Below the pieces are notes generated by a model, which was not told the origin of the DNA, did not search any database, and was given only the letters and a program-made list of their open reading frames with translations. DNA of 36,265 nt from Myxococcota bacterium. GTDB taxonomy: Bacteria; Myxococcota; SpSt-1050. Made by a program: the position numbers and the translations under genes. Below are positions 1 through 9,365 of the stretch, piece after piece; position 1 is the stretch's first letter; each line of letters starts with the position of its first letter. The stretch lies in assembly GCA_049969675.1 (NCBI GenBank), contig JBMFOP010000020.1:1-36265 (forward strand), read 5' to 3'.

Positions 1-309
1 TATGAGGGGTATTATGCGAGTATATTTTATTCAGTCTTTGCCTCACTTGGATATGATATAAGGGTGGAAGAGTCTACGAATCGTGGAAGGATAGATATGG
101 GGATAATAACACAGAAAGAGGTGATAATATTTGAGTTTAAGGTAGTGGATGGAGGGGGTGAAGGGAGGAGAGCAATAGAGCAGATAAAGGAGAAGAGGTA
201 TTACGAGAGGTATATGAATATGGGGAGGGAGATATACATAGTAGGGATAGAATTTTCAAAGGAGGAGAGGAATATAGTGAGATTTGATTGGGAGAAGGTG
301 GGAGATTAG
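1..309 (+). CDS. C-terminal part of AAA-ATPase-associated PD-(D/E)XK nuclease-domain protein (PDDEXK_9/DUF1703-like); 5' truncated by window
   Basis: Frame 1 is open from base 1: YEGYYASIFYSVFASLGYDIRVEESTNRGRIDM...IFEFK...AIEQIKEKRYYERY...IVGIEFSKEERNI. GRID / EFK / QIxxKxY pattern is typical of this family. The track start at 64 is an internal GTG. Confidence 0.85.
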   Translation, partial: YEGYYASIFYSVFASLGYDIRVEESTNRGRIDMGIITQKEVIIFEFKVVDGGGEGRRAIEQIKEKRYYERYMNMGREIYIVGIEFSKEERNIVRFDWEKVGD

Positions 310-366
310 ATTTACTCTATTTTTCTATCTTCATCTCACTATCATAACTTCCAGTTCAAGATTCAT

Positions 367-401
367 AGCCCATAGTCCACAATCCATAGACAATAATTAA
401 T
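367..401. repeat. Degenerate heptamer tandem array (consensus about A[GA]TC[CA]A[TC])
   Basis: agcccat-agtccac-aatccat-agacaat-aattaat; same unit family as 13242-13269. Confidence 0.55.
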
Positions 402-403
402 TT

Positions 404-598
404 TCACATCTGTCCAAAAACAAATCTTAATTTTAGACCTCTTAGATATTGAATTTTGAAGAGGAGGATTTATATGAGTATGAATCACATTAAGTTTTAG
501 AAAATTCTACATATATTGCTTATGAATATGTTTTATAAGTTGATAATAGAGATAAGGGCAGAGAGATGAATAGAGAGATTTAACTCTTAGGTTAATTT
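404..598 (+). repeat. Dispersed ~195-bp intergenic repeat, copy 1
   Basis: Aligns by eye nearly gap-free with 24279-24472 (e.g. ttaattttaga-ctc-agatattgaattttgaagag-aggatttatatga; aaattctaca-atattgc; aatatgttttataag). Confidence 0.85.
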
Positions 599-766
599 GT
601 AGCGATGTTGTTTTATCAATCAGGGCTGGCTCATTCATTGTTTTATAAACAGTCAACTTTTTCAAAGCAGATTATTCTGGAAAGCGGCAATGGTATATAA
701 TATCTGGGTGTTTAAATTTTTGCTGTTTTTCATAATTAATATATAATTAGAGTTCAGCAGGGTTCT

Positions 767-1561
767 ATGATTAGACACATAAAATATTACTATGACCAGA
801 GATACCTTTTGAAACTCTTCATCGTCAATGATTTGAGAAGCAGATATACCGGCTCTGTCTCTGGAATCTACTGGTCTATAATAAATCCCCTTTTGATGAT
901 TTTGATATATACATTTGTATTCTCCTCTGTACTCAGAATTGAGTTTCATAGAGGGAGTGGAACCCTCAATTTTGCATTCTATCTTATCTGCGGGATGCTT
1001 CCGTGGCTCTTTATTCAAGATTCAATTCTGCGCTCAACTACCTCCATTGTTGAGAATTCAGATCTGGTGAAGAGGGCGAAATTTCCTGCGAGCATCCTCC
1101 CGATACATATAGTACTCTCAAATCTTATCACAATGTTAATAGGACTAATACTCCTTCTCCTCATTCTCGTCATTACGGCAAATACAGTCAGTGTTACCAT
1201 TCTGTTTATCTTTGTGTTGATTGTTCCACAACTGCTCTTTACTCTGGGACTCTCGTGGATGTGCTCAAGTATCTATGTCTTTGTGAGAGATATACAGCCG
1301 TTTATCAGTAATTTTGTCCTCCTCTGGATGTTTTTGACTCCTATATTCTATCCCTCTACAGTATTCCCTCCAAAATATGAGATATTTTTGATTCTAAATC
1401 CAGCAGCACATATTGTAAACCTTTATAGAGAGGTAATAATGAAGGGTAATCTGATACCGGGCTTATCTTATATTACACTCCTGATAGAATCGCTCTTCAC
1501 ATTTCTTGTGGGCTACTTTATATATGTAAGGCTTCAACCCAGATTTACGGATAGACTATGA
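767..1561 (+). CDS. wzm: ABC-2 polysaccharide/polyol-phosphate export permease (Wzm/TagG family)
   Basis: DLRSRYTGSVSGIYWSIINPLL N-terminal motif, RDI..F, LTPIFYP, LNP motifs; multiple TM segments; stop overlaps start of ATPase gene. Confidence 0.9.
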   Translation: MIRHIKYYYDQRYLLKLFIVNDLRSRYTGSVSGIYWSIINPLLMILIYTFVFSSVLRIEFHRGSGTLNFAFYLICGMLPWLFIQDSILRSTTSIVENSDLVKRAKFPASILPIHIVLSNLITMLIGLILLLLILVITANTVSVTILFIFVLIVPQLLFTLGLSWMCSSIYVFVRDIQPFISNFVLLWMFLTPIFYPSTVFPPKYEIFLILNPAAHIVNLYREVIMKGNLIPGLSYITLLIESLFTFLVGYFIYVRLQPRFTDRL

Positions 1562-2757
1562 GTGATAAAAAAGAGGCAATTATTGTTAGAAATCTAAATA
1601 AGAAGTATAGCCTTTATACAGACTATAAATATGCACTAATTGAGTTTCTTCTCTTAAAGAAGAAGAAATTCCATACGGATTTTTACGCATTAAAAAATAT
1701 CTCTTTTAATCTTAAATCGGGTGGTGTGCTCGGGATTATCGGGGATAATGGTGCAGGTAAATCACTCCTCCTGAAAATAATCTCGGGTTCAGTTCAACCT
1801 ACCTCCGGTGAGATCATTATAAATGGTTCGGTCTCTTCTCTGATTGATATTCAGTCGGGGTTTAAGAGGGATTTTACAGGGATTGATAATATAAAAATGA
1901 ACCTTGTTATCAGCGGTTATAGCGGTAAAAAATATGATTATCTGGTAGATAAGATAATTGATTTTGCAGAGATAGGCGATTTTATAAAATATCCTATAAG
2001 TTCTTATTCTACCGGGATGCTGATGCGTCTCGGCTTCTCTATCAGTGCCAGCATTGTAGAGGATATATTTGTGGTGGATGAACACATTGCAGTGGGTGAC
2101 AACTACTTTATGCGAAAGTGTATTGAGAAATTAAAAGAGCTAAACAGAGAGGGAAAGACACTTGTAATTGTCTCACACAGTATGCACCTTATCGCTAATT
2201 TATCAACAAAGGTTATATGGCTTGAACAGGGCAGCATCAGGTTGCAGGGAGACCCACCTACGGTGGTGAGGGAATATGAGGAGTACATCCTGAAGAAAGA
2301 GAGTAAGGAGCAGAGGCAGAAGATTCAGTCGCTCTCAAATGAGGCAAGGATTCTAAATGTGAGAATATGCGATAGAGATGGGAATACAAAGGAGTGCTTT
2401 GAGACCGAAGAGGATATTATGATTGATGTGGAGACTATCTTTAATACGAGAATAAAGAATCCAGTCTTTGGCGTTGCGATCTTCAAGGAGGATGGAAGGT
2501 ATATCTATGGACCCAATACATTTTTTGATAAAGTTGATACAGGTGAATGTGATGGGAGAGTAAGATTCAGGATTGTATATGAGAAGCCACCGCTTTTAAG
2601 TGGAAGATATCTAATCTCAGTAGCGATATTTGACCCAGAACATATATATCCATATGATTTTCACGAGAAGAGATACAAATTTGAAATCAAGAGCAATTTA
2701 CTTGACCACGGCGATATAAAGATTAATCATAAATGGTCTGTAGAGAAAGGCTTATGA
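1558..2757 (+). CDS. wzt: Polysaccharide ABC exporter ATP-binding protein with C-terminal Wzt_C-like domain
   Basis: Walker A GDNGAGKS, signature YSTGMLMRLGFS, Walker B VVDE..AVGD, VSH; ~150-aa C-terminal extension ending LLSGRYLISVAI. Confidence 0.9.
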   Translation: MSDKKEAIIVRNLNKKYSLYTDYKYALIEFLLLKKKKFHTDFYALKNISFNLKSGGVLGIIGDNGAGKSLLLKIISGSVQPTSGEIIINGSVSSLIDIQSGFKRDFTGIDNIKMNLVISGYSGKKYDYLVDKIIDFAEIGDFIKYPISSYSTGMLMRLGFSISASIVEDIFVVDEHIAVGDNYFMRKCIEKLKELNREGKTLVIVSHSMHLIANLSTKVIWLEQGSIRLQGDPPTVVREYEEYILKKESKEQRQKIQSLSNEARILNVRICDRDGNTKECFETEEDIMIDVETIFNTRIKNPVFGVAIFKEDGRYIYGPNTFFDKVDTGECDGRVRFRIVYEKPPLLSGRYLISVAIFDPEHIYPYDFHEKRYKFEIKSNLLDHGDIKINHKWSVEKGL

Positions 2758-2758
2758 T

Positions 2759-4027
2759 ATGAGTAATATTGAACAGAAAGCACTCCCTCGGGAATTTATC
2801 AGCCGAAGGAATAGAAACTGGATATCCCTTGGACTTATGTATGCAAGTTTTTATATGTGTCGCTACAACTTCCCTATTGCAAATAAGACGATCTCGGAGA
2901 GATTTGGCTTTTCCAGAGAGGAGATGGGGTGGATTATAGCCGCCACTATGTGGGCGTATGCCTTTGGGCAACTCCTGAATGGATTGATTACAGATAAGAT
3001 TGGTGGAAGGAAGGCGATACTCACAGGGGCGGCTGGAACAATAATATTAAACATCTTGATGGGCTTTGGTGGTTACTTCAATTCCCTTACATACTTTATG
3101 CTCATCTGGGGACTGAATGGTTACTTTCAGGCATTCGGTGCTCCATCTGTCGTCAAGACCAATGCCAACTGGTTCAGAATTTCAGAGAGGGGGACATTTA
3201 CAGGAATATTTGGATTGATGATTCAATTTGGACGATGGGCAATTATGCTTTTGGGCGGAATACTGATAATTAAATTTAGCTGGGAATATCTCTTCTTTAT
3301 TCCATCAATTATTACATTTGTTTTTGCAGTACTTGCATATTTGAATGTAAAAGATACTCCCGAGGAGTGTGGATTTGACTGTATATCAAATGATGTCAAT
3401 GAATGTGAAGATAATGAAAAGTTGGATGTGCTCTCTGTTGCAAGGAAGGTTCTCACAAGTAAACCACTCTGGATTATAAGTTTTGCATATTTCTGTACAG
3501 GCGTTGTAAGGCACGGAGTGGACCAGTGGTACATCAGATATCTAAAAGAGGTACATCAGGTCTCGACTGATTCTTTTGGATATATGTTGACTGCATTTGG
3601 ATTACCGATGGCGGCAGTGCTCGGCTCATTTGCAGCAGGAATTGCATCAGATAGATTATTTGGGAGCAGAAGGGGGCCCGCTGCGGCATTGATGTATCTG
3701 GGGCAGTTTGTGATGTTGATAGTTTTTTCCCTCATCTCCGGAGAACTTCTAAGCCCAGTATTGATAGTGATTATGCAATTTTTCATAAATGGCCCACACT
3801 CATTATTGGGTGGTGCGGCTGCGATGGATTTTGGAGGAAGGAAGGCGGCGGGCTTTGCATCCGGACTGATTGACTGCTGGCAATATATTGGTGCTGGATT
3901 GGTGGCCGGTGTCTTTATGGGAAGGATTATTGAATCGTCTGGATATGCGGGATGGATAATCACTCTTCTGGTCTTTGCATTTTTAGGATTTCTCTCAATG
4001 CTCACACTCTGGAACAAGAAGGCATAA
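2759..4027 (+). CDS. MFS transporter, organophosphate:Pi antiporter (GlpT/UhpT/PgtP) family
   Basis: YMCRYNF, G-LITDKIGGRK and ASDRLFGSRRGP MFS motif-A repeats, NWF..ERGT, GRKAAGFASGLID..QYIG; ~12 hydrophobic segments. Confidence 0.85.
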   Translation: MSNIEQKALPREFISRRNRNWISLGLMYASFYMCRYNFPIANKTISERFGFSREEMGWIIAATMWAYAFGQLLNGLITDKIGGRKAILTGAAGTIILNILMGFGGYFNSLTYFMLIWGLNGYFQAFGAPSVVKTNANWFRISERGTFTGIFGLMIQFGRWAIMLLGGILIIKFSWEYLFFIPSIITFVFAVLAYLNVKDTPEECGFDCISNDVNECEDNEKLDVLSVARKVLTSKPLWIISFAYFCTGVVRHGVDQWYIRYLKEVHQVSTDSFGYMLTAFGLPMAAVLGSFAAGIASDRLFGSRRGPAAALMYLGQFVMLIVFSLISGELLSPVLIVIMQFFINGPHSLLGGAAAMDFGGRKAAGFASGLIDCWQYIGAGLVAGVFMGRIIESSGYAGWIITLLVFAFLGFLSMLTLWNKKA

Positions 4028-4137
4028 GTGGTCTTTTAAGATTTGTTGACAATTTTGTGGCATTGAAAGAAAGTCCATTTTTGTCTTGACATTGAATACA
4101 AAAAGTAAAATAATGAGTTCCGGTTTTTTAAAAGGAG

Positions 4138-5301
4138 ATGACTATGATAATATGTCCGAATTGCAAACAGGAAAATGCAGATGATTATGTCTATTGTCTA
4201 TATTGTGGGAGTGAATTAAGGGCAGCGCCAACAGTTCCTCCAACTCCCGCTAACGAGCCGATACCTCTTACAAATGTAGTCTCAAAACCACCAATCAATC
4301 CCTCATCTCCAGGTATGCAGAGTGTTCAGGTGTTGCCGTGGGATCAGGTAATTCCTAATATTCCGGATTCAGTACCGAAGAGTTCTCAGGCACCAACTGT
4401 CCCACAGAAAGTGGAGGTCGTTCCCCCACCGATTCCGCAGAGTGTTCCACCAATTCCATATAGTCCACCTCCGGTTTCATCCTCAGCACCAGTTGTTCAG
4501 GAGAGGAGATGTCCTCAGTGCAACAATGTAATTCCGCCGGGATTTAGATTCTGCGGATTTTGTGGTTATCAGGTAGGTGGCGAGCAGGTGGACTCACAGG
4601 CAAAGGGACGGACTGTCTTTATGCAGGCAGTTATGCCGGTTGAAAAACCCAAGCCCATATTCAGGGCTCAGGTAATAAAGACAGATGGGACGAGCGGACC
4701 AATATATACTCTTTCTACCAAAGAGACGATGTTTGGTAGAGCCCGGGGACTGATTCTTCTTGCCGACGATAGATATGTCTCACCTCTTCATGGGAGATTC
4801 AAGCTTGAAAACGATGAACTCTATGTTGTGGATGAAAATTCACTAAACGGAATATATAAGAAGGTTAATAAAGAGGTAGAGATTCATTCACAGGATTATT
4901 TTAGAGTGGGGAAACAGCTCCTGAGGTTTGACACGGTAAGGGAGATTGAGGAGGTAAATTTCCAGAGGATGGAAGGGGATGATTCACTTCAGATTGGCTC
5001 AACGGTCTTGAATATCTGGGGGAGAGTTGTGCAGATTTTAGAGGGTGCAAGAGTTGGTGAGACGAGATTGCTTGTGAATAATCCAGTTGTATTTGGTAGA
5101 GAGGTGGGAGATATTGTCTATCCTTATGATGGATTTATGTCTTCAAAACATGCCAAGATTGAGATGCGGGAGAGTAAGTTCTACTTAAAGGACCTTGGTA
5201 GCTCAAATGGGACTTTTATAAGGATTAGAGGGACAGAGAGGCTTGAAAATGGAGATATTTTACTGATAGGGCTTTCTCTGATTCGCATAGAAATCAGATA
5301 A
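4138..5301 (+). CDS. Zinc-ribbon + proline-rich linker + tandem FHA domain protein (start may be ATG 4144)
   Basis: CPNC...CLYCG and CPQC...CGFCG ribbons; FHA motifs FGR..VSPLH..DENSLNG and FGR..MSSKH..DLGSSNGTF; SD aaggag at 4132-4137. Confidence 0.85.
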   Translation: MTMIICPNCKQENADDYVYCLYCGSELRAAPTVPPTPANEPIPLTNVVSKPPINPSSPGMQSVQVLPWDQVIPNIPDSVPKSSQAPTVPQKVEVVPPPIPQSVPPIPYSPPPVSSSAPVVQERRCPQCNNVIPPGFRFCGFCGYQVGGEQVDSQAKGRTVFMQAVMPVEKPKPIFRAQVIKTDGTSGPIYTLSTKETMFGRARGLILLADDRYVSPLHGRFKLENDELYVVDENSLNGIYKKVNKEVEIHSQDYFRVGKQLLRFDTVREIEEVNFQRMEGDDSLQIGSTVLNIWGRVVQILEGARVGETRLLVNNPVVFGREVGDIVYPYDGFMSSKHAKIEMRESKFYLKDLGSSNGTFIRIRGTERLENGDILLIGLSLIRIEIR

Positions 5302-5367
5302 AATTTTATTGACAAAAAAAAGATTTTTAATGTATTTAGTTGCGTCCTTTTTCAAAGGAGTGAGAAT

Positions 5368-6435
5368 ATGAAGAAGATAGGTGTACTTACTGGTGGGGGT
5401 GATTGTCCGGGGCTCAATGCAGCGATCAGGGCTGTGGTAAGAAGGGCCATTGATGGTTATGGCTTTGATGTGGTGGGCTTTAAGAGAGGGTGGAGTGGCC
5501 CCATTGATGGTCTGGTAGAGCCATTGACCAAGCTCGCAGTATCCGGGATCCTCCCCAAGGGCGGAACTATATTGGGGACATCCAGGACAAACCCGGCCAA
5601 GATTGAGGATGGTTATCTTAGGATTAAAGATAACCTAAAGAAATTTGGACTTGATGCACTGATTGCGATTGGTGGAAATGATACACTCGGTGTGGCTGCA
5701 AATATGTTTATCAAATATGACTTTCCAATTGTGTGTGTCCCAAAGACCATTGACAATGATGTGGTAGGGACTGACTATACCATAGGTTTTGATACCGCGG
5801 TAAAGATTGCAACAGAGGCGATTGATAATCTTCATACAACTGCTGAATCTCACGACAGGGTTATGGTTATTGAGGTAATGGGGAGACACGCGGGATGGAT
5901 AGCTGCATATTCAGGTATGGCTGGTGGGGCAGACCTTATTCTTGTTCCAGAGAAGCCTTTTAATATTGATGATGTCTGCGCTATCTTAAAGAAGAGGCAT
6001 GAGAGGAGAGGTAAGACCTTCTCCATAGTTGTTGTTGCTGAGGGTGCGGTATCACACGATAACTCAATAAAAGGGACATCGGATAAGATGGATGTGGCAT
6101 TTGACCATCCGATTCTGGGAGGAATATCTGTTGCACTCTCAAAAGAGATTGAAAAAAGGACGGGCTATGAGACAAGATATGTAATTCTGGGACATATACA
6201 GAGAGGCGGGACGCCCACTCCTACGGATAGAATACTTGCAACCAGACTTGGTATAAAGGCGGTTGATCTGGTGGCAAATGGTGAATTTGGGAAGATGGTA
6301 GGTGTTGTGGGTGGAAATATTGTCTCGGTGGATGTAAGGGATATTGCCGAACTGGACAAACACGGGAATTATATTGGGAAGACCAAGACTCTGGATATGG
6401 ATTTCTATAAAGAGTCAGAGGTATTCTTCGGTTGA
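5368..6435 (+). CDS. pfkA: 6-phosphofructokinase, mixed-substrate group III type, probably PPi-dependent
   Basis: LTGGGDCPGLNA, GGTILGTSRTNP, GGND, PKTIDND, EVMGRHAGWIA, LGHIQRGG. Confidence 0.92.
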   Translation: MKKIGVLTGGGDCPGLNAAIRAVVRRAIDGYGFDVVGFKRGWSGPIDGLVEPLTKLAVSGILPKGGTILGTSRTNPAKIEDGYLRIKDNLKKFGLDALIAIGGNDTLGVAANMFIKYDFPIVCVPKTIDNDVVGTDYTIGFDTAVKIATEAIDNLHTTAESHDRVMVIEVMGRHAGWIAAYSGMAGGADLILVPEKPFNIDDVCAILKKRHERRGKTFSIVVVAEGAVSHDNSIKGTSDKMDVAFDHPILGGISVALSKEIEKRTGYETRYVILGHIQRGGTPTPTDRILATRLGIKAVDLVANGEFGKMVGVVGGNIVSVDVRDIAELDKHGNYIGKTKTLDMDFYKESEVFFG

Positions 6436-6461
6436 GCCTTCTCAAAGACTGGAGGTAGAGA

Positions 6462-6929
6462 ATGGCAGAAGTTTTGATTCTGATGGGTTCTCCAGCAGAT
6501 AAGGATTGGTGTAAGAGGATTTCAGAGGAACTCAAAAAATTTGGTATTAATTCTACTATAAGAATTGCATCGGCTCATAAGGTGCCAGAGATTACAATTG
6601 ATATCATTAAAAGTACAAATTGTGACCTCATTATTACAGTTGCGAGTAGGAGCAATGCCCTATCGGGTCTGACAGATGGTGCAACCTCAAAGCCAGTGAT
6701 TGCCTGTCCTCCGCTTGATGCACAGAATTTGATGTACGATATCTATTCAACAGTTAGGATGCCATCTGGAATTGCACCTCTTCTGGTCCTAACACCAGAA
6801 AATGCCGCTCTTGCCTCTGCCAAGGTTCTTGGTATAAAATATCAGGATGTCAAAAAGAAGGTGGAGGAATTTCAGGCTGAGCAGAGGGCAAGATTGATTA
6901 ATGCGGACAAGGAGTTAAATGATGGGTAG
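6462..6929 (+). CDS. purE: AIR carboxylase PurE (class II-like)
   Basis: LMGSPAD, ASAHK, VASRSNALSG, PVIACPP, RMPSGI, PENAAL; SD ggagg upstream. Confidence 0.9.
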   Translation: MAEVLILMGSPADKDWCKRISEELKKFGINSTIRIASAHKVPEITIDIIKSTNCDLIITVASRSNALSGLTDGATSKPVIACPPLDAQNLMYDIYSTVRMPSGIAPLLVLTPENAALASAKVLGIKYQDVKKKVEEFQAEQRARLINADKELNDG

Positions 6930-7947
6930 CGTAAAAGACCTCAGAATTATTAGAGCACCGTCAGATACGAATTCGGGTGAGGGAATATTCACTTTCTCCG
7001 ACAGATACTCAGTCTTTGATTGGGGAGAGATGCCAGATAAGATTCCAGATAAAGGGAAGTCAATCGCAATACTCGGTGCCTATTTCTTTGAGCTTGTAGC
7101 GAGGGAGGGCTTTAGGACTCATTATATAGGAATGGAATTAGATGGTCTATGCCAGAGACTGAATGACTTAAAATCCCCATCTGATTCAATGAAGGTGAGG
7201 CTCTTTAATGTCATCAAGCCGCGGCTTTTACCTGATAAGAGTTATGACTACTCAGCCTATAAGGATGTGAGCAGGAATTATCTCATCCCTCTTGAGGTGA
7301 TTTACAGGAACAGACTCCCTGAAAGTAGTTCGGTATTCAAAAGACTTAAGAACAATGAGATTACTTATACTGAACTGGGCCTTGATGAGATGCCTCAACC
7401 AGGTGCTATCCTGAAAAATCCAATCTACGATGTATCTACCAAACTGGAACGAATGGACAGATATATCAAATGGGATGAGGCAGAGAGGATATCCGGTCTG
7501 AGTTCAGGGCAGATTGCGCTTCTAAAAGAGATGCTCAGCAGGCTCAATAGACTGATTACAGATGAATTTGGGAGACTTGGACTTGTCAATGAAGATGGGA
7601 AGATAGAATTTGCTGTTGATGACGATGGTGAGATCTGTATAGTGGATGTTTTTGGAACACTTGATGAGTGTAGATTTACATTTGAGGGAATACCTGTATC
7701 AAAGGAGATCGCAAGGATATATTATCGTAAGAGTGAGTGGTATGAGGCATTAAATCGTGCAAAGGAGAAGGACGGGCAGAATTTTAAGGAGGTCTGTGAG
7801 AAAAATCCGGAGAGGCTTCCTGTTGAATTGAGAGATGCAATTGCCAATCTATACAGATATTGTACAAATAAAATTACAGGTAGGGACTGGTTTGAAAATG
7901 TCCCCGAACTTACAGATTCTATAAAAGTGATTAAGAGGTTTATTTAG
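6919..7947 (+). CDS. purC: Phosphoribosylaminoimidazole-succinocarboxamide (SAICAR) synthase, long form
   Basis: GSVKDL, FSDRYSVFDWGEMPD, IPLEVIYRN, STKLE, DGKIEFA, DVFGTLDECRF, SKE; overlaps purE. Confidence 0.9.
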   Translation: MMGSVKDLRIIRAPSDTNSGEGIFTFSDRYSVFDWGEMPDKIPDKGKSIAILGAYFFELVAREGFRTHYIGMELDGLCQRLNDLKSPSDSMKVRLFNVIKPRLLPDKSYDYSAYKDVSRNYLIPLEVIYRNRLPESSSVFKRLKNNEITYTELGLDEMPQPGAILKNPIYDVSTKLERMDRYIKWDEAERISGLSSGQIALLKEMLSRLNRLITDEFGRLGLVNEDGKIEFAVDDDGEICIVDVFGTLDECRFTFEGIPVSKEIARIYYRKSEWYEALNRAKEKDGQNFKEVCEKNPERLPVELRDAIANLYRYCTNKITGRDWFENVPELTDSIKVIKRFI

Positions 7948-7949
7948 CT

Positions 7950-8291
7950 GTGAGTCCGCTCAATAAAAGAATCGCATATAAGAAGAGAGGTGGTCTTCCA
8001 GTATTAAAGTATTTTCTACTCATTGTAATATTCGTCGTCGCCTTTTACCTCCTCTTTTATCATAAATTTGAAAACCGCACTATCTATGAAAGGGTGGTAG
8101 GATTCTTTAAGTCTGAGATAGAGAAGACCCCATCTGTCACAATCAAAGAGGCGGATAAGGGGGTAAAGAGTCTGAGTAAGAGAGAGATTCCATATGATAA
8201 TCCTCCCACCAAAAAGGAAAGTCCGAAAAATGGAGGAGAAGAGAAGGATGAGATAGAGGAAGTAATAAAGAAAAGGCTCAAAGAAAAATAG
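7950..8291 (+). CDS. Small membrane-anchored hypothetical protein
   Basis: One hydrophobic segment (YFLLIVIFVVAFYLLFY) then a charged tail; GTG start 2 nt after purC stop; start uncertain. Confidence 0.6.
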   Translation: MSPLNKRIAYKKRGGLPVLKYFLLIVIFVVAFYLLFYHKFENRTIYERVVGFFKSEIEKTPSVTIKEADKGVKSLSKREIPYDNPPTKKESPKNGGEEKDEIEEVIKKRLKEK

Positions 8292-8629
8292 AGCCAACCT
8301 ACCACTTTTAACTTCTAAATATAATAATAGACCTTCTGGACCCTGCGAATACATATGAGAATCTATCTAATACCAATTTGGCATCATAAGCCAGTCAAAA
8401 TAAGTTAGTGATGAAACCAGTTTTTTGTCTTTCCTAAAGTGATGAAGTCTCCTCACAAAGAGTATCTTCCTCCACTCTATCCAGAGAATCAAGGACCATG
8501 TTTCCAAAATAGTTTTTTGGAAAACAATCTCCCTCTCTTATGCCTAATTGAGTTTCGGGGTTTAAAGGGGCAGGATTTTTCAAATCATACCGTTTTGGAA
8601 TAATTTTTAGATAAGGAAGCCCTGATATC

Positions 8630-8983
8630 TCACACCACCTCCTTAAAGTTATGTTTTACAAAATTTTTATACCAATTCTCAAATTCATCAGGGGTTGCTA
8701 AATGAATTTCAAAAGGGGCATCAGAAAATTTGTTTTTTATTTCAAGTTTAATCTTTGCCAGACTGAATATATCAGAGGGGATATCTGGTGAAATGATAAG
8801 TATATCTATATCACTGCCCGGTCTGAGGTTTCCCTCTACTGCAGAACCAAATAGTAGAATACGAGCACCGGGAAGTTTTTTACTGACTATGCTTTTAATC
8901 TTTTTAGCATAAAATAATGGATTGTCAAAATACTTTTTTCTTTTTTCGTTTATCTCGGCTAATATCTTACAAAAGCTTTTCAT
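8630..8983 (-). CDS. Minimal nucleotidyltransferase (MNT) domain protein
   Basis: LLFGSAVEGNLRPGSDIDILII (GS-x10-DxD), FEIHL; start overlaps HEPN gene end. Confidence 0.9.
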   Translation of the reverse strand: MKSFCKILAEINEKRKKYFDNPLFYAKKIKSIVSKKLPGARILLFGSAVEGNLRPGSDIDILIISPDIPSDIFSLAKIKLEIKNKFSDAPFEIHLATPDEFENWYKNFVKHNFKEVV

Positions 8984-9365
8984 TTAACTCATCCTCTAAG
9001 AGGTCAAAAACCTTCTCAGAAAATTTCATAATTTTTTGTGTTTCTTCTTTATTAAACTCTCTTGGGATGTATCTGCTTGTAATATATGCATCTTCAAGGG
9101 TTCTAAATTCCAAGGCATGTTCCTTGTAAAATTCTCTAATTTTTTTGTTATTATATACCTCTGAAATCTCCTTTATCAGTATATCAAAATAGTGTGTCTT
9201 TGGAAAATCTCCTGCTTTTAAGAAAATTAAATGCTTAAGCCACAACTGAATTGCCTGCTCAACATCTAATGCAGTTAAATTGAACCTTGACTTTTTAAAG
9301 TCCTCTTTAGCTCTCTCAAAAAATTCTTTTGCCCTCTTTTTCAAAAATTCACTATTACTGTTCAT
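8967..9365 (-). CDS. HEPN domain protein (PF05168-like) paired with MNT
   Basis: RAKEFFERAKEDF..RFNL....EQAIQLWLK...FPKTH...LEDAYITSRY pattern; all-helical. Confidence 0.88.
   Translation of the reverse strand: MNSNSEFLKKRAKEFFERAKEDFKKSRFNLTALDVEQAIQLWLKHLIFLKAGDFPKTHYFDILIKEISEVYNNKKIREFYKEHALEFRTLEDAYITSRYIPREFNKEETQKIMKFSEKVFDLLEDELNEKLL

Noticed and set aside
4086..4114. TTGACA boxes upstream of the FHA gene (and at 5309 upstream of pfk)
   Set aside because: Plausible promoters but no good -10 hexamer at 16-18 nt spacing, so not called
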